From positions 1 to 50,676 of the forward strand of contig WJJL01000008.1 in NCBI GenBank assembly GCA_014729725.1: a stretch of DNA of 50,676 nucleotides, written 5' to 3'. Position numbers and translations under genes: made by a program. Of this stretch, positions 29,690-38,085 are shown in pieces; within the stretch, counting starts at the first letter, position 1, and every line of letters begins with the position of its first letter. The DNA is from Candidatus Moraniibacteriota bacterium (lineage in GTDB: Bacteria > Patescibacteriota > Minisyncoccia > CAIUEV01 > JAHKAQ01). The notes under the pieces are model-generated. The model did no database searches. It was not told where the DNA came from and saw nothing but the letters and a program-made list of their open reading frames with translations.

Positions 29690-30176
29690 GTTCCATATAT
29701 TTTTTAATGCAATTATGCATTTTTTTCATTTTTAAGCTGTCTTTTTTATTATAATGATTAAATCCGGATAAATGAAGCAACCCATGGATTAAAGCACTAA
29801 TAATCGCCGATCCAAGCTTCCTTTTTGTCTTATTTGATTTTTGTTTAATATATTCGACACTTAAATATATTTCGCCGACACTCGGGGTGTTTTGTTCAAT
29901 GATGTTTTTTAAAGGATCTTCCTGTTTTTCATAATTAAAACTCAAAACATCGGTAGCTTTGTTGATTTTTCTATACTTACTATTTAGCTTTTTAATCTTA
30001 TTATTGTCAATAAAAACAATATTTATTTGTTGGGGGCATTTGGGGTTTTTCAGGCATTTAATCAAGGCTTTCTTTAATAAATTTGCATCCAGCTTTTTTT
30101 TAAACTTACTTAAAAAACCGTTTTCAACTTCAAAAAAAATTTTTATTTTTATTGTATTTTTTTGTTTAATCTTCAC
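29667..30176 (-). CDS. ybeY: rRNA maturation factor/endoribonuclease YbeY
   Basis: LNSKYR..NKATDVLSF, GEIYLS, IHGLLHLSGFNH (H-x3-H-x5-H); GTG start overlaps the yqeY stop; 3' end overlaps tRNA-Ile. Confidence 0.88.
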   Translation of the reverse strand: MKIKQKNTIKIKIFFEVENGFLSKFKKKLDANLLKKALIKCLKNPKCPQQINIVFIDNNKIKKLNSKYRKINKATDVLSFNYEKQEDPLKNIIEQNTPSVGEIYLSVEYIKQKSNKTKRKLGSAIISALIHGLLHLSGFNHYNKKDSLKMKKMHNCIKKYMERATSSAG

Positions 30177-30619
30177 TCAAGATTTTTTAATACCAGATCC
30201 TTTATTCTTTCTCCCGAAGCAATTCCTTGAGTTTCTTTAATCGCAACAGGCATTACTTTACCTATATCCTTTTTTTCTTTGGCTTTAGTTTCTTTAATTG
30301 CCTGTTTTACTATTTTTTCTAACTTTTCATCGCTTAATTCTTCCGGCAAAAATTCTTTAATGATTTTAGCCTCCTGCTCTTCCTTTTCTTTCAAATCGTC
30401 CCTGCCAGCGTTCTGATATTGTTTTATGGAATCCTGACGCCTTTTTAATTGATTTTTTAAAATCGAAACAACCTCCCGGTCATTTAAAGGCTCTTTTTTT
30501 TCGATTTCTTTTTCCTTTATAGCGCTTTTTATCATTCTTAAAGTACTTAAAACAACTTGATCTTTATTTTTCATAGCTGCTACAAATTTTTGATCAATTT
30601 TTTTTATAAGATTTTTCAT
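30173..30619 (-). CDS. yqeY: GatB/YqeY domain protein
   Basis: AMKNKD...LSTLRMIKSAIK..EIE, K.RQDSI.QY.NAGRDDL..KE..E, FLPEELS, DIGKVM. Confidence 0.9.
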   Translation of the reverse strand: MKNLIKKIDQKFVAAMKNKDQVVLSTLRMIKSAIKEKEIEKKEPLNDREVVSILKNQLKRRQDSIKQYQNAGRDDLKEKEEQEAKIIKEFLPEELSDEKLEKIVKQAIKETKAKEKKDIGKVMPVAIKETQGIASGERIKDLVLKNLE

Positions 30620-30633
30620 TATTTTTCATTATT

Positions 30634-30891
30634 CTATTGTTTGCCGATTTTTCCGCTTCTAAAGCGGTTTTTTTCATCTTCAAGTCTGCCTAATTTAATC
30701 AGTCTTTCCTTTTTCTTTAAAAGCTTAATTCTATGCAACGCCCTTTGCTTTCTTGTTCTTTTATTCATTGTCTTTTTATGATATCGGCGGTCGCGACTTC
30801 TTTTTCCTACCCCGCTTTGCTGCCAGCGTCGGCTGAATCTTCTTAAAAGATTTTCTACGGGTTCATTGCCTTTATTTTTAACTTCAACCAT
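30634..30891 (-). CDS. rpsU: 30S ribosomal protein bS21 with extended basic C-terminus
   Basis: V.VK....EPVENLLRRFSR..QQSGV......RRYH.K pattern; rpsU-yqeY synteny. Confidence 0.82.
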   Translation of the reverse strand: MVEVKNKGNEPVENLLRRFSRRWQQSGVGKRSRDRRYHKKTMNKRTRKQRALHRIKLLKKKERLIKLGRLEDEKNRFRSGKIGKQ

Positions 30892-30898
30892 TTATAGA

Positions 30899-30906
30899 CA
30901 CCTCCT
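30899..30906 (-). promoter_or_regulatory. Strong Shine-Dalgarno sequence of rpsU
   Basis: AGGAGGTG followed by a 7-nt spacer (TCTATAA) and ATG. Confidence 0.85.
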
Positions 30907-31122
30907 ATTCTTATTTTAAAAATTATTAAATTAAAATCAAAAATAAGGAATTTATATATCTAAAAAATTTTGCTTGGAAAATTTTCAGATAATCAATTCC
31001 CCTAATTTTTAGATTTTACAATCTTGTTGACTGTCACCAATACTAACACAAGAAATCCTAAAAAACAAGAAGCCTCCTTTTCTTTTGAACCAAAACGATT
31101 TAGGGGTGTTTTTTAATTTTTT

Positions 31123-31380
31123 TTACTTGCTTGAAAGTATTTGCCACAATTTGTTTAATTTTTTCCCGGCTTTGTCAATTTCCTGCAATTTTTTCTGGCC
31201 GGATATAATGATTTGGTTATTGCTTATTTTTTCATAATTCAATTGAGAGCTAAAATATTTATTGTATATAATCCAACTTGCTATAATGAGCAAAAAAGCC
31301 AGGGCGATGAAGATGTTTCTGATCTTTTCTCTGGTTTTATAATCTTTTTGCTCAATTTTTTTATAAATATTTTTTAACAT
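31123..31380 (-). CDS. Small single-pass membrane protein, unknown function
   Basis: ATG start, one TM helix (IFIALAFLLIIASWII), codirectional with neighbours. Confidence 0.6.
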   Translation of the reverse strand: MLKNIYKKIEQKDYKTREKIRNIFIALAFLLIIASWIIYNKYFSSQLNYEKISNNQIIISGQKKLQEIDKAGKKLNKLWQILSSK

Positions 31381-31536
31381 TTAGGGTTTTAAATCTATAA
31401 GAAGCTTTTTAAAATACAAACACATCCTGGGTGTAATTAAATTAGTCAAACAATAAATACACTTAAACATACTGTTCACCAACTATTTCAAAAATTTAGC
31501 CAAGCTTGTTGGCTGATCAAAGACTATCGGAAAAAT

Positions 31537-32190
31537 TTATTTATTAAAAGCGATCACCTCTGTTTCTTCGGGATTTAGGTTATTAGCGTTTATATTCAAT
31601 TTTTCAACAGTTTCTTTGGGTTGTTTGCCAAGTTCGTTATAGAATTTTTCCACCTCTTCCAGACCGCTCAATTGCAGGTCTTTTTGGTTAAAGTGCATAG
31701 GGATTATTATGGATGGTTCAATTAATTTTACGATTTCCACAGCTTGTTTGGGGTTGATTGTATAAGTTCCTCCCACCGGTATCATTAAAATATCAATGCT
31801 TCCAATTTCATCGGCTTGTTTTTGGCTTAAAGTGTGACCTAAATCACCCAGATGACAAACTTTAAGCTTTTCGTTTTCAATTACATAAACCGTGTTTAAC
31901 CCCCTAGATCGACCTTTTTCTTCGTCATGATAAGTTTGAATTCCCTTAACATTCACTCCTTTGTAAGAATATTCTCCAGGGTTATTAATATAGAAGAATC
32001 CTTTATCTAATTCCTTTGTGTAATTATGATCAAAGTGATCGTGAGTGGACAAGACAAGATCAGCCACTCCCTTGGGAGGTTTTAAACCGATACTTTTATC
32101 AAAAGGGTCGATATAGATAATTAACTTCTCATCTTTATCGGATTTTGTTTCGATTTTAAAGCACGCATGCCCGATGTAGGAAATTTTCAT
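31537..32190 (-). CDS. MBL-fold metallo-hydrolase
   Basis: IGHACF, IDPF, STHDHFDH, CHLGDLGH, DILMIPVGG, IIPMH. Confidence 0.9.
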   Translation of the reverse strand: MKISYIGHACFKIETKSDKDEKLIIYIDPFDKSIGLKPPKGVADLVLSTHDHFDHNYTKELDKGFFYINNPGEYSYKGVNVKGIQTYHDEEKGRSRGLNTVYVIENEKLKVCHLGDLGHTLSQKQADEIGSIDILMIPVGGTYTINPKQAVEIVKLIEPSIIIPMHFNQKDLQLSGLEEVEKFYNELGKQPKETVEKLNINANNLNPEETEVIAFNK

Positions 32191-32233
32191 ATTATTTTTT
32201 TAAATAGTTAATGCGAATTACCAAATAAATACT

Positions 32234-32270
32234 TTCCTTTAAAAGGAGAACGCTCTTCCTTTTTAAGGAA
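32234..32270. promoter_or_regulatory. Tandem palindromes, candidate operator in a divergent promoter region
   Basis: TTCCTT-TAA-AAGGAG and TTCCTT-TTT-AAGGAA, starts 22 bp apart. Confidence 0.4.
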
Positions 32271-32519
32271 GCACTTATAGATAATCTTAAATCTTAATTT
32301 CTTTTAATGTATTATAATAAAAAATAACAAAATTTAAAAATTTTTTAAAAAAATAGTATAGTTATTTAATTAATTGGAAGGTTTTTTCCAATCTTGTCAA
32401 ATTTTTTGGAAAATGATAAAGTACAATAAAGATTTTTCAAAAAAGAAAAATTAACAAAAAATTTCTATATACTGATATTTATAGAAAAAATAAATAAGTT
32501 TTATTATTGAAAAATTAAA

Positions 32520-33512
32520 ATGACTGATAAAAAAGAAAATAACAAAGTTGATAAAAAGGATTTGGAAAAGATGGAGTCCTTGAAAAGGATAATTGAGGAA
32601 GCTGAAAAGAGCCTATATTCCGCCAGAGCTATGTTGATGAGATTGGAAAATAAAACCGGGGTTAAACAACCTTCCGTAAATAAAAAAACTTATGGAGCCA
32701 GCCCTGATGGTAAGGTTATTGAAGGAGTTTTCGATGGGCAGCACATGATCGGTAACGATGGCAAGCAGTATCCAGTACCGGCTAATTATGCCAGTAAATC
32801 AAAATTGGTTGAGGGAGACATGCTAAAGTTAACCATTACCGATGACGGAAATTTTGTGTATAAACAAATTGGTCCCGTAGATAGAAAAAGATTGATTGGT
32901 ATTATAGGAGAGGATGAGTATGGAAATTTTATAATAAACAGCGAGGGTAAAAACTATAAGGTTTTACTTGCCTCAGTTACTTACTATAAAGCTCAGGCAG
33001 GAGATGAAGTAACCATTGTTGTTCCCAGAAGCGGCAATCCGGTTTGGTGCTCTATTGAAAATGTTACTAAAAAATCTTTTGAACTGGAATCTGAATCTGA
33101 TTCAAAAGAAGAAGATCTGGATAAGGATTATAATGAAATTCAGGATCCTTTTTTAAAAAGCGAAGTTGATTCCAATGCGGCAAAAACAGAGGATTTAAAA
33201 GAAGGAGAAGAAGTAGAACAAAATGATAACAAAGAAGAGAAAACTAAACCCTCTCAAGATAAAAATGAGATTGGCGATCCTTTTCCTATAAAAAAAGAAG
33301 AGATGGACGAAGTAGCCCAAGAATGGACTCCGGAGTTTGAAAAAATACAAAAAGAAGTTCAAGAAGACAAAGAAGCACCGAAAGATCAGAATGGCTCCCA
33401 AAACAGTGGAGCTCTTCAAACAAATAAAAAAAGCAAAACCTTGGTCAAGGAAAGTTTACCTGACACCCCAGAGGAAGTTTTAGGAAAGCCCCAAAAAAAT
33501 TCTGAAAAATAA
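32520..33512 (+). CDS. Hypothetical protein (coiled coil, beta-rich core, acidic disordered tail)
   Basis: Core GKVIEGVFDGQHMIGNDGKQYPVPANYASKSKLVEGDMLKLTI..DG.FVYKQIGP resembles a family I recall from CPR genomes (not verified by search). Confidence 0.75.
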   Translation: MTDKKENNKVDKKDLEKMESLKRIIEEAEKSLYSARAMLMRLENKTGVKQPSVNKKTYGASPDGKVIEGVFDGQHMIGNDGKQYPVPANYASKSKLVEGDMLKLTITDDGNFVYKQIGPVDRKRLIGIIGEDEYGNFIINSEGKNYKVLLASVTYYKAQAGDEVTIVVPRSGNPVWCSIENVTKKSFELESESDSKEEDLDKDYNEIQDPFLKSEVDSNAAKTEDLKEGEEVEQNDNKEEKTKPSQDKNEIGDPFPIKKEEMDEVAQEWTPEFEKIQKEVQEDKEAPKDQNGSQNSGALQTNKKSKTLVKESLPDTPEEVLGKPQKNSEK

Positions 33513-33517
33513 ATTCA

Positions 33518-34009
33518 ATGAAAACAGCAGCCCAGCCTTCAAAGTTTCTTGTGTTTAATCAATTTGGGAAATTTATTGTAACAGGCTTTATAAATACAGC
33601 TATTGATTTTACTGTGCTTTATCTTTTAATGGCCATCAGCGGCAAAAACGCCGGGATATATACTTTAATTTTTCCGGCTGTTTCTTTTAGCGTGGCGACC
33701 GTTAACAGCTTCTTTTTAAACAGGTATTGGACATTCAAAAGACAAGAAGTTAAGAAGAAGGAAAAGGAACAAAAGGATTTTGGACAATTTTTGCTGGTTA
33801 CCTTGATTGGACTTTCCATAAATGCTGGTTTGACTTATGTTATTAGCAATAAAATCGAACCCTTTTTAGGCCTTGCTTTTATTCAAAATATATTTGAAAA
33901 TCCTGACACTAGCCGGGAAATGTGGGTGTTATTCTCTAAAGCTGCAGCTACCGGTTTTTCTTTAATTTGGAACTTTCTGGGCTATAAATTCTGGGTTTTT
34001 AAGAAATAG
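33518..34009 (+). CDS. GtrA-family flippase-like membrane protein
   Basis: QFGKFIVTGFINTAIDF, NSFFLNRYWTF, WNFLGYKFWVF. Confidence 0.88.
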   Translation: MKTAAQPSKFLVFNQFGKFIVTGFINTAIDFTVLYLLMAISGKNAGIYTLIFPAVSFSVATVNSFFLNRYWTFKRQEVKKKEKEQKDFGQFLLVTLIGLSINAGLTYVISNKIEPFLGLAFIQNIFENPDTSREMWVLFSKAAATGFSLIWNFLGYKFWVFKK

Positions 34010-34251
34010 ATTTTTCAGTTTATTATTTTCCTATTCTCTTCAAAGTAATAAATTTGTTTTATTAAGTATAGGTTCTGTATTTTTTCCTTTCTCGCTTGTC
34101 TTTATTTCAAAGAAAAAACAAACAATTTACACTATTTATTGTTTAGTATTTATATAGCTAAATTTAATGGAAATTCTGTTAAAAATTTAATATTGTTGAA
34201 AGATTAATGTTTTGATAGTATTTTTGATAGATTGAAGATTCAAATAAAATT

Positions 34252-34692
34252 ATGAAGCCTGTAATTAACAGAAAAGTTAGATTCCATTATGAAATATTGG
34301 AAACCCTGGAAGCGGGGATTGTTTTGACTGGAGCTGAAGTAAAATCCGTAAAAAAAGGACAAGTCGATATTTCCAATGCTTATGTTACAATTAAAAACGA
34401 TGAGATTTTTTTAATAAACGCCAGCATCCCCAGGTATAAATTCGCACCTGCTGACGAAAGTTATGATCCCACGAGGTCTAGAAAACTTTTATTAAAAAAA
34501 TCTCAAATTCAGTCGCTAAAAGGTTATTTGACTCAAAAAGGATTGACTTTAACCGCAATAAAGGTATATACTAAACGAAACAAGGTAAAAGTGGAGATTG
34601 CCTTGGTTAAGGGAAAAAAGAAGTTTGACAAACGGGAAGATATCAGAAGAAGACAACATGAAAAAGAAATGAGGAATATAAAGTCTTTTTAA
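34252..34692 (+). CDS. smpB: SsrA-binding protein
   Basis: NRKVRFHYEILETLEAGIVLTGAEVKS, R.RKLLL, KGKKKFDKRE. Confidence 0.96.
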   Translation: MKPVINRKVRFHYEILETLEAGIVLTGAEVKSVKKGQVDISNAYVTIKNDEIFLINASIPRYKFAPADESYDPTRSRKLLLKKSQIQSLKGYLTQKGLTLTAIKVYTKRNKVKVEIALVKGKKKFDKREDIRRRQHEKEMRNIKSF

Positions 34693-34707
34693 TCTCACAA
34701 AATTTAT

Positions 34708-35099
34708 GGGAGTGACGGGCTTCGAGGATAGATAAGGTAAGTATTGCAAGCCAAGTTTTAAAGATCTTGTAAAAACTTTAAAAATTATAGTCGCAAAACT
34801 ATTTAATAAGGCTAAGGTTGCAATAGCTAACGCTTTTGCTCCAATGAGCCTTCAAACCGCTACTGCCTAATACGCAGCAGCCATCGATTCAATTGATGCC
34901 TAATAGATTGAAATCGGTGTCGTTTATTAGGCGAATCCTTTAAGAGCGTTTCCCTTTTTTAGGAGGATTTTGCAAGGAAACAGAAAAATTCATTTTTTTG
35001 CTCAACTTAAGTGAATTTTTCCAAAAATCGGTTGAGCTAAGCTTGTAGAAAATATTTTGCCAAATTTATCCCACGCCGGTTCAACTCCGGCCACTTCCA
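34708..35099 (+). ncRNA. ssrA: tmRNA (one-piece)
   Basis: GGGAGTG/CACTTCC-A acceptor stem with G3.U pair, GCCGG-TTCAACT-CCGGC T arm, internal tag ORF 34793-34870, directly after smpB. Confidence 0.92.
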
Positions 35100-35133
35100 C
35101 CTAAGAAGTATTATATTATAAAAAAAGTTAAGA

Positions 35134-35667
35134 ATGCGTTTTAGGGATTCTAAGCAATCTAAGAAAAAGGAACGAATAAATCGTGAAATCAAAGCTCCCA
35201 AAGTTAGAGTGATTGACCAGCAGGGCAATCAAATGGGGATTTTTGATATTTCTCAAGCTTTCAGCAGGGCGCAGGAAGAAGGGCTTGATTTGGTGGAGAT
35301 TGTCCCTAAAGCCCAACCTCCGGTTGTAAAAATTATGGATTATGGTAAATTTCAGTACAATAAGAAAAAGCAGGAGAAGAAAAACAAGGCTAAATCCAAA
35401 GAAACTGAGACAAAAGGCATCAGACTCAGTGTAAATATTGAAGAACATGATTTGGAAATTAAAAAGAAAAGAGCAGAGAAATTTTTAAAAAAAGGCAACA
35501 AGGTTTCTATAGAAGTTATTTTAAAAGGAAGAGAAAAAATGTTTCGCCAAAGAGCAAAAGAGGTCTTGCAGGAGTTTATAGAAAAAATTGAAGCGCCTAT
35601 CAGTTTTGACCAAGAGCCCAAAAGTGTTCCCAGAGGGTTTTTAGCGGTTATCAAACCTGATAAATAA
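35134..35667 (+). CDS. infC: Translation initiation factor IF-3
   Basis: RINREIKAPKVRVID, GLDLVEI.P.AQPPVVKIMDYGKFQY, I.EHDL..K, KGRE. Confidence 0.96.
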   Translation: MRFRDSKQSKKKERINREIKAPKVRVIDQQGNQMGIFDISQAFSRAQEEGLDLVEIVPKAQPPVVKIMDYGKFQYNKKKQEKKNKAKSKETETKGIRLSVNIEEHDLEIKKKRAEKFLKKGNKVSIEVILKGREKMFRQRAKEVLQEFIEKIEAPISFDQEPKSVPRGFLAVIKPDK

Positions 35668-35714
35668 CAAAAATTTGTACAACGCGTTTTTTCCCAAGAC
35701 TATCTTTATTATGA

Positions 35715-35804
35715 GCGTTTTAGAAGACTTTATATTTGGTGCCTACCTTGACCCGAAGGACTTGACGGTCTTTCGCCTTTGGCGGGTAAAAGTTTTTCAA
35801 GTGC
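35715..35804 (+). promoter_or_regulatory. Candidate structured leader element upstream of rpmI-rplT (copy 2 of shared motif)
   Basis: CGCCTTTGGCGGGTAAAA at 35774-35791; enclosed by a GCGTTT...AAGTGC stem; extra inner GACC...GGTC hairpin. Confidence 0.55.
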
Positions 35805-35849
35805 GAAAAATTGAAAATATAGCCCGGTAATTCAATATAAGATAATAAA

Positions 35850-36038
35850 ATGAAGAAGAATTCAAAAATTATCAGAAAGAGACTGATCATAAAACCTAAG
35901 AAAAAAATGGTTTTAAGAAAAAAGACTCACCAAAGTCATTATAATGCCAGTGATTCCGGAGATGAAAGCCGGAAAAAGCGGAATTTTGCTAAATTAAATA
36001 GAGATTTAAGCAAAAAAATAATTAATCTAACCAGTTAA
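35850..36038 (+). CDS. rpmI: 50S ribosomal protein L35 (divergent)
   Basis: 62-aa basic protein with K...KR and H(Y/F)N motifs, located between infC and rplT. Confidence 0.78.
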   Translation: MKKNSKIIRKRLIIKPKKKMVLRKKTHQSHYNASDSGDESRKKRNFAKLNRDLSKKIINLTS

Positions 36039-36047
36039 TATTTTCAG

Positions 36048-36389
36048 ATGAGGGTAAAAAGAGCCAAAAATGCCAGAAAAAAAAGAAAAAAGATCCTAAA
36101 AGCCAATAAGGGTTTTTTGGGACTTAGGAAATCCTGTTATAAAAAAGCCAAAGAAGCTTTTATTAAAGCGGGCAAATATTCTTATAGAGACAGAAAAGTT
36201 AAGAAAAGACAAATAAGAAGACTGTGGCAGATTAGGATCAACAATGCGGCCAGAGAAAATGATTTAAGTTATTCGAAATTTATTAAAAAACTAAAGGACA
36301 ATAAGGTGGAACTGGATAGAAAAGTCCTTTCTCAGTTGGCTTGTGATCACAAACAGGTATTTGATAAGATTGTGGAAAAGGTAAAATAG
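36048..36389 (+). CDS. rplT: 50S ribosomal protein L20
   Basis: MRVKR, KGF.G.R, YSYRDRK.KKR..RRLWQ.RIN.AAR, LDRKVLSQLA. Confidence 0.97.
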   Translation: MRVKRAKNARKKRKKILKANKGFLGLRKSCYKKAKEAFIKAGKYSYRDRKVKKRQIRRLWQIRINNAARENDLSYSKFIKKLKDNKVELDRKVLSQLACDHKQVFDKIVEKVK

Positions 36390-36749
36390 AATACCGTTTT
36401 TAACAATTTTATTGTATAATAAAAAGAATAGCCGGACTTTATTTAATTTTTATTTCAAGGAAAAAATAAGTAATTAGTACTACCTAATTGTCTATCCGGG
36501 TTTTCAATATCCCCTTGTTTTTTTATTGTTTTTTATAACCCCTATATTAAAGATTTTTGAAATATTTTTTTTGAATTTTTGCTTTTATAAACAAAGCCGG
36601 GTAAAATTTAAATTATTAAAGCTTAGGTTTTTGGTAGGTTTTTAATTTTGCTTTTTCTTGGCTTTAATTTTTCAAAGCATAAATTTTCAGACCGTAAGCT
36701 ACATTATTTTGAAAAAAGGCGTAATTTTTATACAAAATAAAAAGCATAG

Positions 36750-37967
36750 ATGAAACAAAAAGATATCAGGTTTTTCAGCAAAGTTAAAAAACCTCAAGAA
36801 GGATTTTCAATTGGGTTGGGGATAATTTATATTTTTTTGTTTTTAACTTTAGCTTTGGTTGTTTTGGGGAGTGTTATTTGGTATTTAAAGCATAAAAACA
36901 ATGATTTTTACAGAACTTTTAAAAATCAGGAAAATCAAGATAAAAATAAGCTTTATGATGAACTAAATTATATAAATCAAAGATTCGGGTTTTCCCTGCA
37001 ATTTACTCCGGCCTGGAAAGATTATCAGATAAAAGTGATTTTTCAAGATAAAAATCAGGATAAAAATAAAGAAAGAGAATTTTTTGAAATTAAGTTTTTT
37101 CTGCCAAGCAAGGAAGCTAAAAACAGCGACTTGCAAGATTTTTATAATATTTGGTCGATTCTGGCTTTTAAGGTAGAACCACAGGAAAAAGATCAAAAAG
37201 AAACCAAAAGCAAAGATCTTGAATTAATCGACAAAGAAAAGCTTGAATCTATCGAAACAGAGTTGGGAGTGGAAAAAATAGGCTCAAATCAAAAATATAT
37301 GTTTTTTTCCAAGGTCAATAAACCCCTACCAAACGACATCGATCCAAAAGCGCTGGCCGATATTAATTTTATTAAACAAAATTTTAAAACTCTAAAGGCT
37401 CAAGAAAACTCAGAAGATAAAGACAACGCGCCTAGCATACCGGATCAGCTTGACGAAAATATTAACCCCAAAGCTTTGGAATCAGTTGAAAAACAGCAAA
37501 ACTCAAATCAAAAACCGCTTTATAATGTTTCGTTTGCTTCAAAATCCGATTATTTTTTTAATTGTAAATATCATTATTCCTTTTATATTCCTTCAAGTTG
37601 GGAAATCCCTGAAGATAGCCATTATGCTTCCAATGTTAAGCTTTATGGCTCTAATATAAATATTGAAATTGAAAGCTTCGAGCTTGAGAAAAATCAAGGA
37701 TTGGAAGAATTTGCTTTGTCTGAATCCAAGAAAATTTCCGACAGATTAATTTCCAAAAATAAAGTGGACTGGTCAACCAAAGAGGCTTATGTTTTTAAAT
37801 TCAAAAAGTCAAAAGCTGTATTTTGGATTTTTAATAAAGACAATCAAATCTTTGGACAAAAAATGCTAATATCTTCCAGGAGTTATCAAGGCAATAATGA
37901 TCTAATTGATAAGATTTTGGGGACTTTGGTGATAAATCAAAATTATTTGGCTCAGTGCAATGAATAG
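36750..37967 (+). CDS. Membrane-anchored extracytoplasmic protein with two PsbP-like repeats and a prepilin-like N-terminus
   Basis: KKPQEG|FSIGLGIIYIFLFLTLALVVL; repeats YINQRFGFSLQFTPAW and YFFNCKYHYSFYIPSSW. Confidence 0.6.
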   Translation: MKQKDIRFFSKVKKPQEGFSIGLGIIYIFLFLTLALVVLGSVIWYLKHKNNDFYRTFKNQENQDKNKLYDELNYINQRFGFSLQFTPAWKDYQIKVIFQDKNQDKNKEREFFEIKFFLPSKEAKNSDLQDFYNIWSILAFKVEPQEKDQKETKSKDLELIDKEKLESIETELGVEKIGSNQKYMFFSKVNKPLPNDIDPKALADINFIKQNFKTLKAQENSEDKDNAPSIPDQLDENINPKALESVEKQQNSNQKPLYNVSFASKSDYFFNCKYHYSFYIPSSWEIPEDSHYASNVKLYGSNINIEIESFELEKNQGLEEFALSESKKISDRLISKNKVDWSTKEAYVFKFKKSKAVFWIFNKDNQIFGQKMLISSRSYQGNNDLIDKILGTLVINQNYLAQCNE

Positions 37968-38085
37968 TATAAAATTAAATTTAAATTATTTTGAATTGGC
38001 AATTCAATGTTTTCTTTGAAAAGGAGTTGCACTAAAAATTATTTTTTAGTTTCTTAATTTAAGCTAAATTAATTTAATAAAAAAA

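Noticed and set aside
34549-35448. Minus-strand ORFs overlapping smpB, tmRNA and infC
   Set aside because: They are explained by the plus-strand genes and tmRNA.
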